Shown: positions 38,328 to 50,600 of the stretch, piece by piece | Layout of the letters: every line of letters begins with the position of its first letter | How positions within the stretch are numbered: position 1 is the stretch's first letter | The notes under the pieces: model-generated | Seen by the model: only the letters and a program-made list of their open reading frames with translations | The model's database searches: none | Told to the model about the DNA's origin: nothing | Origin: Paraphysomonas bandaiensis | Lineage: Eukaryota; Protista; Chrysophyceae | Direction: 5' to 3' | Assembly (NCBI GenBank): GCA_965644295.1 | Contig: CBFFRP010000014.1 | Location: 1 to 64,000, forward strand | Length of the DNA: 64,000 nucleotides | Translations under genes and position numbers: made by a program

Positions 38328-39358
38328 TCAATAGTTACAGGCTTCGCACTGTTCTTTCCAAGTAACGGTAATATCCACTCGATTGAATAAATTGCACGCA
38401 GTTTCGGCAGTACAGCATGACCACAAAGCTTCATGTAGTTGAGCTGCAAGTGGTTTATATGCGTACATAATTCCCCACTTCTTTCTAATGTGCGCTTTGG
38501 CAAGATGAAATACGGGTTCAATTGGTGAAAAATCATAAGAATAAGGGGGAGAAACACAACCATCACGCCGAATTCTGCACACATATTATAAATATCTATC
38601 TTCACGTGCGTCGAAGCATTATCCATGAGCAGCACACTGCGATCCCCAGGAAAAGGGTTCATGTGGGGAAAGATGTCATGTTCTAGGGCATCTAGAAATG
38701 TATTATGATCAACATTTTCTTCGTGTACAGTAACAGCAAAAACTCCTTCGATAGACATTGCAGCAATGGCACAACAACTAACTTGGGGATTGAAGTGGCC
38801 TATAACATCACCACTCACGAAGGCAGGGTAGCCATGTGGTGAACGCCCATATCGGCGTAGAACTTCTGCCGGCTGGAGATGTGATTCGTCCACAACAGCA
38901 TAGCAGCGAGCTGGAATTTCATCCAATGATCGGGCCAAATTATTCTTATAGTAACGCCTCAAGCCCTCATTTCTGTTGTGGGAAATTCTTTGACAAACTT
39001 TTACGGTATAGCCCTCAGTGTTCATGGCATGCTTCATTTGGTGCTCCAAGTACGCCACGCCGTACACATTAAAAACCTTTTCGCATAATTCTTCGTTGGA
39101 ATAAGTTGAATTTTCTGCCAGCAACTCTTTAACAAAATTGATATGCTCGAGTGAAATGACAGTGTGGTGCGAATGGTGTGAAGACTCTGGTTTAACTGAT
39201 CCAGTGTCCAGATATTTGTCCAACCACCTTCTAACTGTGCTTTGGGACACATCGTATTTCTCGTATATATGATCTAGTGATGCGGCCACAGAATTTGTGA
39301 TTTCCAGAGAGTGATCAAACACATCCAAAATTAAAAGACGGAAAGCCTCGGAATACAT
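38328..39358 (-). CDS. IS630/Tc1-like DD34E transposase, ~343 aa after correcting a 1-bp deficit at G5 run 38545-38549
   Basis: HTH region VSQSTVRRW; VVDESH, LMDNASTH, FLPPYSYDFSPIE with 34 residues between second D and E. Confidence 0.93.
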
Positions 39359-39869
39359 GTAAATATGGTGCTGCGAATGACAAACATGTGAGAGAAGGTT
39401 GCTTCAACACATTGTAGAAGAAATCACCTTGATTTGCAGTGCTTATCATGGTAATTGTGGGTTTATGGTACTGTTTAATGTAGGTGAGCAAGTTTTGTAA
39501 TCGCGATCAAAGAAGATTGAAGAAGAGAGAAAAAAAAGTTTTTTTCACACCCGCTCTCCCTCACAATAACTAATATAAACTTTATTAAATGTCTTTTAAA
39601 ACATCATGTTCTCTTCACACGGTACCTCTACTACAAAACAAGTCGAGGTAATACCAAAACCTGGGTTTTGATGTAAAACCTGGTGAAATTTTTGGTGATG
39701 GTCGGAAAAGGGTATAACTATGCACAATAAGTAACTATGAAGTTAATAACAGTGTGAAGAGTATTATTTATAATATTTTTTACTAATTTCTTCCATATTA
39801 CTTCAGTTTTACAGCAATAAAAGTCACCGACTACACATATATATTACATACAGTTCACAAGTATGAACT

Positions 39870-40255
39870 ATAACCATCTCACTAAACACCACTATACCAT
39901 CTCAGAATACACCCACATACCATCTCACTATACACCCATATACCATCTCACTATACACCCATACCATATTACTATGCATCACTATACCATCCCACTATAT
40001 TATACCACTATACCATCTACTGTATACCACTATACCACCTAACTATACACTACACTATCTCACTATACACCCATATACCATCTCACTATACACTCATATA
40101 CCATCTCACTATACACCCATACCATATTACTATGCATCACTATACCATCCCACTATATTATACCACTATACCATCTACTGTATACCACTATACCACCTAA
40201 CTATACATCACTACACTATCTCACTATACACCCATATACCATTTCACTATACACC
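39870..40255. repeat. Complex (CACTATAC/CCATCT) minisatellite; resumes at 41242-41340 after the LINE insertion
   Basis: Many ACTATACC / TACCATCTCACTATACACCCAT units with a higher-order duplication. Confidence 0.9.
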
Positions 40256-41241
40256 TACGTATGGGACAAATCATACGCGATGGGCAGAAACCAAGCCAAA
40301 GGAAAAACCGGGCCTGATCACATAACAACGGCCTCAGCATGCGCAGACTGTGCACTCCCAATCGACAACATGGCACACATGCTTCTCACCTGCACACACC
40401 CCGACCTCACTCACATACGTGAAGATGTTCACCAAGCACACCACAACAAGTTCGACAAACTTCGCACACGCACGCTCCCTCATCCCTGGTTCCACACCGC
40501 CATAATCAAACTAGCAAAAGCCGCATGGAATCCACACACACCCCAGGCTGAGCGCTACTGGACCGGCCACATTACTGCCACACAATTGACCGACGCATTC
40601 GGACGCCACATATCCAGCTCACTGCTCGAACATCAGTTCCACGTTCTCGAAAAATCCGTAACCTCTATCCTCCTTCCCCTATATGGTGGAGGGCTCCGCA
40701 TGCTTCGAAACAGAGGTCTCAGACATCACAACACAGAGACACTGCATCAGTAACACCGATTACGACCCCACCACACTCACAGCAACGCCCGTCGCAGGAT
40801 ACTCACCCGACACCAAAAATACTCCAACTACTCCTAGCGACATCCACCCCAAGAATTCTATCCGCTGCAAGAGTCGAACCCGACAGAGACAAGCACCACC
40901 ACTCCGGAAACAACTCCTCCTTACTTGTGGTCGAAATCCCACCTCGACAACGAGCACCATCTACACCACCGACTTACACTCTCATATACATCTAGCCCCA
41001 ACCATCCCCCGTAAAACTCACGATACAGGCCCGGCAAACACACTGCCCAAAGGCAGACCCCCCGATTAACCTCACTGCAAGGGACGGTTGAACCATGGTG
41101 CTCGCAGCGATGCACAAGCAGTCCCGAGACGGTAGCCCGCTAATAGTAGTATATAGTAAGTCGAGTTATTAGTTATTCTATAGATGTAAAACTAGTTTCT
41201 GTACGCAACCGTTCTCATGTAATAATCAGCTATTCTTTTAT
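40256..41241 (+). mobile_element. 5'-truncated non-LTR retrotransposon (ORF2 C-terminus with CCHC knuckle plus 3' UTR), 15-bp TSD
   Basis: CADC-x7-HMLLTC; TSD ATTTCACTATACACC at 40241-40255 and 41242-41256. Confidence 0.88.
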
Positions 41242-41339
41242 ATTTCACTATACACCCATATACTACCTCACTATACAGCACTATATTATACCACTATACC
41301 ATCTCACTATACATCACTATACCATCTCACTATATACCA

Positions 41340-41800
41340 CACTGCACTAACTGTGTACATATTATGGTGTAGGAGAAGTGCAACGGGAAGAAGAATGTTG
41401 TCAACATTCGTGGCGACATATCCAACGACGACCCGGAGGCGGAGGAAGAGATACCACGAAAGCGCACGAGCAGGGTAAGTAATACTGTTCATAAAGATGG
41501 TGACGGGGTCGTATGTCGTATATATGCGGTATTGTTCTGATTATTGCTGTGCGTTGTTACTATACACTGCACTAACTGTGTACATATTATGGTGTAGGAG
41601 AAGTGCAACGGGAAGAAGAATGTTGTCAACATTCGTGGCGACATATCCAACGACGACCCGGAGGCGGAGGAAGAGATACCACGAAAGCGCACGAGCAGGG
41701 TAAGTAATACTGTTCATAAAGATGGTGACGGGGTCGTATGTCGTATATATGCGGTATTGTTCTGATTATTGTTGTGCGTTGTTACTATACACTGTACTAA
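41340..41800 (+). repeat. 225-bp tandem duplication, each copy holding a 102-nt phase-0 exon (41373-41474, 41598-41699)
   Basis: CTAAC branch, TAG acceptor, EKCNGKKNVVNIRGDISNDDPEAEEEIPRKRTSR, GTAAGT donor in both copies. Confidence 0.85.
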
Positions 41801-42286
41801 CTGCTTATGATCCTTCACCTGCTTATGATCCTCCACCTACTAGCAATGTGCCCCCAGCGGCTGTTGCCGCGTCGTTTCCGAGCATAGGTACTAATACTAC
41901 TGTAAGTAGTAGTGGTAAAGATGGCTATATGCGTATGCAATGTATCCGAAATCAGGCTATTCGGTTGGAGCGTTTGCAGTCTCAAGCGAAGCAGATGTAG
42001 CTATATGAGAATATGATATTACAAAACACAAGTAATAATAGCAGGGCCAACTTTTAACGCAATAAATACTGCTAATAACAACTATACTTGCGACTTTTTC
42101 TTTATCTTTAACCTCTCAGATACAAATTACAGTAAAATAATAACTCAATACTTATATATGAAACCTGGTGAAATTGCTTTACCAGGTTTTGGTATTACCT
42201 CGACGTTACGTCAACTTAAATCAACATTTTGGAAATTTCACCAGATTTCGACCGTTTTACCAGATTTGTACATCATATATATCGAC

Positions 42287-42690
42287 TTCTTCTTGTTGTC
42301 AATCACTCAAAGCAAACGCAGAGAGAAATAGCATAATGTTTATATATACCTGACATCTGCTGTCTTGTCAGGATTTCTGAGTTCTTAAGGATAACTCATC
42401 CTGGGTGTCCGACTTCAGCAAGCAGTCCAAATCCCAGGATACCCTTCAGGTGGGCTCATACCCGGATGCCCTTGCGGTGGACCCTGTTTATTCGTCAAAA
42501 CTCAAAGAAGGCATCTACACACATGTATGTGACATACATTTAATTGTCGCCCTTGTTGCACCACAGATACACTAGAGACCATGAGTGGGCAGAACAATAT
42601 CTGCTTACTTTTCATGCGACTCACGTTAGTTTCCCGGTGAAATATCTTGTGTACTTATCCCCCCAGAACACCACGAAATGGTACGAGTCA
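42287..42690 (-). mobile_element. 5' part of the split retroelement-like repeat
   Basis: Reverse complement aligns to 52517-52704, 53924-53980, 54510-54720 and 56232-56390 (TTCTGGGGGATAAGTA, GATATTGTTCTGCCCACTC, GGCATCCGGG, CTGCTGAAGTC). Confidence 0.75.
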
Positions 42691-42749
42691 GAACCTTAAG
42701 GGTTCAAGTTAGTGTATAGCTGTTCTTTTTAGCTAAATTATTGCTTTTT

Positions 42750-43142
42750 TAGCTACTACGCAGCAATGGGAGGTTCACCCACCTTTACCATTTTTTTGAG
42801 TAATTCCCCTGAGACGATCAATGACCGCATTCATCAAGATTTTCAAACTGGCAAATTGCTTGTTCAACTGGATCAACTCATCACGAAAACGCTCTACTAA
42901 TCTTGCAATTAAGTAAGAGCTTCTATATCACAGCTTGTGAACAGCCTCAAATATGGAACTGATGAAAGTGTCCTTCAGCTCCAACCGTTCTGTACTTGTT
43001 TCGTTTTTGGCGATTGTCTGCAGGTCTAATCGAACACTTCTTTAGACCTAAATTATTTCGATTCTTGCGCATGAGCTACTTTGAGTTTCTCCGTCCAGTG
43101 GATCAGTTCAAACTGATTGAACTTTGAAAGTTGCTACTCCAT
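42750..43142 (-). pseudogene. Highly degenerate copia gag remnant
   Basis: Interrupted translation KFNQFELIHWTEKLKV...LVERFRDELIQLNKQFASLK...VIDRLRGITQKMVKVGEPP. Confidence 0.45.
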
Positions 43143-43978
43143 GCGTTACTATATAATAAATATATATGTTAGGGTGTGGCTAAAACTTAAGTAACGGAAC
43201 ATTAAACTCACTCAATAATCAATCAGTAAAATTATAATCAGTATCACTTATCAGTCATTGTCATTCACAGAATTTTATAACCTCAACTGCCAATCCATAA
43301 TATTAAATTTTATCTATTATTAATCTTATACAGTCAAAATATTTCAGTTTGTCTAAACAATCTCATTGCTTATCATTAAACTTCATATAATATTGTCTCT
43401 GACTGCTGTATTATTCAATTGACGGTTCTTATTCAGATAATAGTGAATATCTTGTCATTAGCAATGGGCGTATATCGTATAAAAATTCAGGAAACCTTGA
43501 AGTACAGCTTTTAATAGCTAACAAGAAAGCAATACTCAACATACCAGAGAAGTATTTTGTACCCAAAATTTGCTGAAATCTATTCATACTAATGAATAAA
43601 ATGGGTTAAGGTTAGTGTTTGCTGTGTTCCGAGTATGCATGTCCATTATATAATATAGTTACGAGTACGGCTGTGCAATGAGAATTCAGATTTGGGAATA
43701 AGTCATAAATTTGCTCGTTTGAAATAATCGAAATGAAGAAAATGTGAGCTAACTAGTAGTTACACTATTGTATATTGTAACAATATCGACAAATTTATCA
43801 CAAACATTATTACGGCGAGGGAGAAGTTGCAAAGTGTACAAAAGGCAGTATAAAGACAGCACACGAGACCCATAACACAGACTACATATACTTATTACAA
43901 TGACCACTACTCATAAGTAACACAAAAGACAAAACATGCATGCATGAACTGTGACGATTGTTTTCTGTCAAGTCAACT

Positions 43979-46936
43979 TTATTTTGTGTGCATGCATAAC
44001 TTCATTGCATAGTGGCCACAAGATTCATGATTATCATTGGAGTCAGAATCGCTCCTCAACTCCCCTTCAACAACAGCAGGAATGTCAAGGCTGTCAACTA
44101 AGTATCCTAAATCCACTTCAGTCTGCCCTACCAATTTATCTTCAGAATCAATTTTGCTCAGCACACGAAGAAGGAGAGACGACGATTTCAAATCTTCCAA
44201 CTTAAAGAAAGAAGAAATATTCAAAGAAGGCCATGATATATCCGAACTGCTATTCTCCACGACATCAGTAGTATGTTGCCATACAGAACCATCGCCAATT
44301 GATAACGTCGCATATATATCCGCTTTCCCATCTTGTGCGCTCTCTGTGTAACATGTTTTAAACATCGCTTAATGTAAATAATCTAGTAAAGATACCTGAA
44401 TACATTAATTTAGACAGCAGCAAGTCTTTAACTTCGAACGCAGGTACTAAAGGTTCTGAGACCGTACGATATCTCATACGAATCATATACCGTCCAACAT
44501 TGGTATCTTTATTCAATACTGCGCCAGACAATGTGACCCATTGGTTAATTGAATTCAGTACGCCCTCCATATCAACTTGGCAACGTCCTAAAATTGTATC
44601 TTCGGTAGAACTCTTGCTTCTCAAAGTCAGTGTCAACATTCCGTCTTTGAGATCTCTAGTACAAATATCCTTGTCAAAATTTATCTCCCACATCGCATAA
44701 GCCCCTCCATGTTCTTTCGCATCTGTTGTGTATTTCCATTTGGAACCATCTCCCACAATAAGGGTGGCGTAAGGTTTGCATTTTTCATCATAGTTGCCAT
44801 CTGAAACAAGTGTAAGTAATGATATTAACAACAATTAGTAAAACAATCACCAGTGTCTCTGATGTTGTGTATGTTTAACTGTTGGACTTCAAAGACACCC
44901 ACGACTTCTGAGTCATCACACAAGTCATCTGCAGCCGTTTCGTTCTTCTCAGCAGATTTCAGTTCTTCAGCTGGTTCATTTCGCGCGTCAGGCTCCACCA
45001 ACTCACCAGGTTTAGTTTCAAGTGATTCATCGTAGTCTTGCTCTTGTGACAATATCCCGTTAACCTCTCCTTCTTTCGGCAACCGAACCTTAGTTGAAAG
45101 TGATTCGATGGCCTCAAAAGACGCTTCATACTCGGGTTCAGGGACAGGTTCGTGCGATGTGGTCTCAGTTACCGTTTCGTGATCAGATTTCGGATCAACA
45201 ACACCGTTTACATCCTTTTCAACAACCACACCTTGTGATACATCGGTAGAGTTAACACCTGTGTTATTTCCGTGCTCTGTGCTAGATTTTATTAAACCTT
45301 CAGTATCATGACCTTCAGTATCATGAGTCGATACGTCAAGTTCTTCAAAAGAATCCTCGTATGTATCATCAGCAGCTGAGTCTATAGGTTCAACCACTGG
45401 TTCAGGTTCTGCCTCTGGTTTAGCAGTAGGTTCAATCACTGGTTCAGGCTCTGGCTCCGGCTGACGAGTAGGTTCAACCACTGGTTCAGGTTCTGGCTCT
45501 GGCTCAGGAGTAGGTTCAACCACTGGTTCAGGTTTCGGTTCCGGCTCAGGAGTAGGTTCAACCACTGGTTCAGGTTCTGGCTCCGGCTGACGAGTAGGTT
45601 CAACCACTGGTTCCGGTTTCGGCTCTGGCTCAGGAGTTGGTTCAACCACTGGTTCAGGTTCTGGCTCTGGCTCAGGAGTAGGTTCAACCACTGGTTCAGG
45701 TTCTGGCTCTGGCTCAGGAGTAGGTTCAACCACTGGTTCAGGTTCTGGCTCTGGCTCAGGAGTAGGTTCAACCACTGGTTCAGGTTCTGGCTCAGGAGTA
45801 GGTTCAACCACTGGTTCAGGTTCTGGCTCAGGAGTAGGTTCAACCACTGGTTCAGGTTTCGGCTCCGTCTCAGGAACAAGCTCTGGTACAGGTCCTTGTT
45901 CCGGTTCTGGAGTAGGCTCTACTGCTGATTTAGAAGCAATTTCTGTCACATCTACATCCTTTGGTGTCGACTCGTCCGCATCCTCGAAAGAATCTTCATA
46001 GTCTTCGGTCGCTGTTTGTGGAATACAACTAAAAGGCTTATTTTGAACTGGCTCATCTGGGCATTCACTTTGGGTAGATAAAGTTCTTGGGGCATCGAAT
46101 GAACTGGGAACTGAATCTACTTGGGCGGGGGTGTGCTCTCCATGCGGCGAAATGCTCAGTACCCCATTCATTTCAGCACCAATACCAACAATCGACGGAT
46201 CCTGCAAGAAGACTTTTCGATATATCGTCTCCATGTCGTGCTTAGGTACGTCAAAGAATATCTTATTTGCCCATGATATGAACTCTTGCTTTAAAATGTG
46301 CCTAGATGTGCTCTTTTCTTGGTCTGCAAATATGGATTGCGTGAGCGCTACAAAAGCAGCATCAGGGGGATATGTGTCCTGCATATTCAGGGCACAAGAG
46401 AGTGCACTCGCAACACACATCAAAAGTATAGTCTGCGAGTGGGCAAGTCAGATTGATCCAAGATATATATGTACAGTCAAACCGTTTCGTCCATGGATAT
46501 TTGCGCGCTACCATCGAAGTCAAACAAATCAAAAACCATAGCAACACGTGAATCTAGCATAAGCTGACTGGCATCTCCAATGCATAGTATCGCTGAGAGC
46601 AGGGTAACTGCATTTACCCTGACTTTACAGTAAGTGTATAGATCTTTTCTATTTTAAAAACTTACATTGTTGCATTTTCAAAGCTAGTTAGTGCACGAAT
46701 TAGAGTTGCACCGTCCTCTTGTGACAAGCCCGTAATAGCAGATATGACACTTTTATCAATTCCAAAATCGAATTCTTCGTCTGTATAAGCTCTAACAATA
46801 GACACGACTCGTGACCACGGCCCTGCAAAGTATCACAATTATCAGCAACAATTCGAAGATATGAAGTCAGAAACATACATGACTCAATAGTTAGAAAGAT
46901 CGGTGAAGGATTCTCTACCGACGAACTAACTCCCAT
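43979..46936 (-). CDS. Multi-exon protein: N-terminal EF-hand-like region, acidic Pro/Glu repeat spacer, two C-terminal C2 domains
   Basis: [15 protein letters not shown] loop; ([10 protein letters not shown])n; C2 motifs KPYATLIVG...WEI...LTLRSKS...DTILGR and DIYATLSIG...WP...LRVLSK...DKLVGQ; 5' exon boundaries uncertain. Confidence 0.8.
45385..45925 (-). repeat. Coding minisatellite, 30/36-bp units encoding PEPEP(EP)VVEPT
   Basis: About 14 near-identical GGTTCAACCACTGGTTCAGG units. Confidence 0.95.
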
Positions 46937-47608
46937 GCCGTTAGTGTTTTCGAACTCGTACAGATTTATCTAATATGTATGTCTCTATTCATTCCATTCA
47001 CAAAAGTTCCACACCATTCCACACAATGCATGAGTGCGTGCATATGCATGTGCTGCTGATGCAGAGCAGAGTATCATAAGTGAGCGCTGCGGGTATTGTG
47101 CGTACTTTGATCATACAGCACGACAATGTAACTGATAGCAGCTGCTGCTGGTACTGTCCTGAAAGTATCCCACAAAGGGGATTTTCAGGAGGTCCCATAT
47201 ATGGGATATTATAAACTTCGTGTTTTTTTGGCGAACAAACATACATAAAATTATTGTGTTGACGAATCCATACATACCAGTGCCAGCGTATCGGCAGTCA
47301 GCATCTTATTTTTCGGGAATATAATGAAGCAAAATTATTCTATATAACTTCAGTATAACTACAGCTAAAATACAGATAATTGTTGTCTCCGTATTACAGG
47401 CTTATTAGAACAAAAATATACAAAGGATGCCGATACGAGAATACCATACATAAGAACCAGTAGCAATACTGCCCCTGGTACAAGTCTAGTATCGGTACTT
47501 GTGATTCCTGGTTGAGACCACTGATGTGCTGAAAGCGTTCACCACTAGCAAGTTCCTGTAATCTGCAAGTGTATATAATTGACTCTCGTGTCTGTGTTGT
47601 TATTCACT

Positions 47609-50600
47609 ATGAGCAGCTCACTGGACACACTCGATATACAGTCATACATCACAGAGGGGACAAAACCCAGTGATAGTACAATAGAAAAGGCATATAATGG
47701 AGTGCTCGAGGCGCAGTTAGTCCCTCCCAATGTCAGAGAGAATCTGGCCAGTAAAATGACACTGGATAAAAAGTGGGACACTGTTCTGGCTTATCACTCG
47801 ATGATAGGTAATGCTCAGATCACCCAGCAGGCAGCATTTGGCGACAGCGATAGAGCTTTGATTAAAGCCTTGAAAACTTCCCGAAAACGACCAGATATCA
47901 CTCAAATTCTTCAACTGAAGTCCCGCATTTGTACTAGTAATAAAACCTGGATGGAGGCTTTTGTCGATGCCAACGGAATCGACATAATGATCCACGCCAT
48001 GGAAGCACGGTTATCTAAGGTTCCCATGGGCGAGTTGGATGCTGCTATTTTATTCGAGTTAATATGCAGTGTGAAAGCGATCATTAACAACGGCATGACT
48101 ATGCAAAAGTTTTTAAACACGAATAATGCTCTCCGAACACTGACTTTCTCTTTGTTGTTTGAATGGAAACCGTTAGTTCTTCAAGTACTGGAAGTATTGT
48201 CCGTGATATGCGATTACTCTAATGATGCAGCTGCATTGATAGTGAAGTACCTCCGACACTTAGGCCGACTCCGTCGCGAGCCTCCGTTTCAACTCCTTGC
48301 CCAAGCTATAATTGATGCTGATGTGGACGTAAAAGCAGCCGTTATGCTGCTCATTAACAACTTATTAGCAGGCACAGACAAACTCTCTGATCGTATGGTA
48401 TTGAGAAATGACCTTAAGGCTTTAAGATTCGGCAAGATATGTGAGGTAGCAGTGGATGATCTCGAGGATGAACTAGAAAGCATAGTAAATCGTGCATCTA
48501 TTAGCGGTGCTGTCGACACCCCCCCATTGGCTCATAGATCCATTCCTAGGGGTACCAGTAATGAAGAAGGGTATGATATGCGAGCAAGTGAAAGTTCAAA
48601 AACTTTTCGCAAGGAACGGATGCGGCACAAACACCCATCAGAAACGAATTTTAAGTTCCTCTTTGAAGAGGAAATTGAACAGGTCGCTGATGATGGGGAG
48701 ACCCCTATCAACCCCAATCAAGGCATTATGGCGGGGCAGCTTAGTGCGGGAAAAAATAGGTTTAATGTCACCAAATCTTTAATGAAAGATTTTGGATCGA
48801 AAACCACTAAGACAAGGTTTTTCTATTTGAATGGCGAGACTTTGCAGTGGTGGGCACCTGGTGAAGACTGGGCGAAAACCCCCCCTCATGGAGTGGTTGA
48901 GGCCATGGAAATACAAGAGGTGCGTCCATACAGCACTAATGAAGATCTCTATTCTATATCTCCACATACGTTTGACATTGTCACGTCAAGTCGTGTGCAT
49001 TCCTTTTCTAGTCCCACAGAAGAGGCTAAGGAGTCTTGGATAATCGCACTCAATACAGTGAGAGACAAAGCCATGCTGCGTAAGTGCTCATATACTCTTC
49101 TCTCCTCCGACTTGGACTCGCATGAGTTTGAAATCAGTGCGAATATGTTTCGCAAACAGATCGCTGTGTTTGAAGCTATTGGCCTTGAAGACTATAAGAG
49201 GTCAATTACGAAGAGCGGGGTAGATGTCACTGACGTTACTGCATTAGTTCAATTCCTTCATGCTGAGCTCTCTGCCTCAGGGCTGAATGACAAGCTGATG
49301 GAACTTATGCAAGAACTCATTTTTGTTCCCTCTGATTCTGAATTCGGTGAAATATTTTGGACGAAGCTCGTGTCGATATGCCATGAGCTCAGAGCACTGG
49401 AAAAAGACAAGAAGTCTTCAGGACAAGGTCCTTCCCTCAAGAGCTACACCTTGGATACCGAGACTGTGAAAAAGATGCTGGGAAAAAAGGAGAAAACATC
49501 CTCTGGAAAAGTAGCTGTAGAAGTAAGCAAATTGACACTGGAGTTGTACACCAGAAATGCTGAAATTGAACGCCTTCAAAAGGAAGTGGAATCAATGCGC
49601 AAACATGCAGGTAGTTTCTTATATTAAACTCATCATGTAGTCTGTTTAATGGATATTCTGTTTTTTCAGTTGATGTTCCTGTGATGAGACAAAAGGCAAA
49701 TACGATGAAGTTACCTGGAAGTGCAGGATTTTCTGACGAAATTGTAACCAAACCTATTCGTGCAAGAACCTCCGAGTTCACAATGGCACAAGTTTACCCC
49801 CCTTCCTCGCTGACTGGGGGAAATGACTCTGTGCAACATGTCATGGGTTCTTCGCCCCCAAGCACTGTCTCTACATCCACGCAGTCGACGCAAACGGACA
49901 TCATCAGTGAGCCAACTGTAGCCCCTCTTCACTCTCCCAAAGATACGTTGGAGCCTCAGGGAACTAAGCCGCCTCCACCCCACGCATCTGTTCCCTCTCC
50001 CTCTACAGACACCCCCGAAGATTGTGGAAACGCTATTAGTAGTGTAAAGGATAGAGCGAAGGATTCACCTCTGGCGGCAATGTTTGCAGCAAAGGCCCCT
50101 CCAGCAAGTGCTGAAAGTATTAAATCACGTGCAGCCGCATCACCGCTTGCTGCAATGTTACAGAGTAAGCTCCCGGCGGTCCCGGAAGAAGGCAAGACGG
50201 CAAATGGAGTAAAAAAATTGTCTGTAGCTGGGGCATCTCCTCTTGCTGCCATGTTACAAGCCCGTACACCACCCGGTATGACCCCTGCAGCTGACTCTTC
50301 TAAACCAACTACTTCTACCACCGGCACAGCTGTTGCTGTTCCCCAGTCCAGTCGACCTGTACCTGCCGCTCCTGCCCTTCCCTCCGATGCAGGAACAATT
50401 CTAGGAGCCAAAGCGTCTGGCCAAACCGGGGGAGCGCCTCCAGTACCGAATATGGCAGCAATTATAGGAGGAAAAAAGAAATCTAATGTTCCCGAGTCGA
50501 AACATAAGCCAACTCGTAAAATGAAGGCGTTATTTTGGAGCAAGCTGCAAGGCAACGCTACGTCGAACAGTGCTATTTGGAGCAAAGTTGACATGAAAAA

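Larger units (their letters stand above)
36092..39566. mobile_element. 3,475-bp IS630/Tc1-type DNA transposon with 198-bp TIRs, TA TSD and two convergent genes
   Basis: TIRs 36092-36289 and 39369-39566 identical by eye; TA at 36090-36091 and 39567-39568; DD34E transposase. Confidence 0.95.
39642..42204. mobile_element. Non-autonomous GTCG...CGAC-family element with 23-bp perfect TIRs, carrying simple repeats, exon remnants and a LINE insertion
   Basis: GTCGAGGTAATACCAAAACCTGG (39642-39664) / CCAGGTTTTGGTATTACCTCGAC (42182-42204); subterminal AAACCTGGTGAAAT. Confidence 0.85.
36018..42286. mobile_element. Outer ~230-bp MITE of the GTCG...CGAC family, expanded to 6.3 kb by nested insertions
   Basis: Left GTCGATATGATGCCCAAACCTGGTAAAA; right end reverse complement GTCGATATATATGATGTACAAATCTGGTAAAA; the two flanks rejoin into one retro fragment. 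Confidence 0.7.

Noticed and set aside
45436-45879. ORF with [12 protein letters not shown] repeats
   Set aside because: Alternative frame of the [10 protein letters not shown] coding minisatellite
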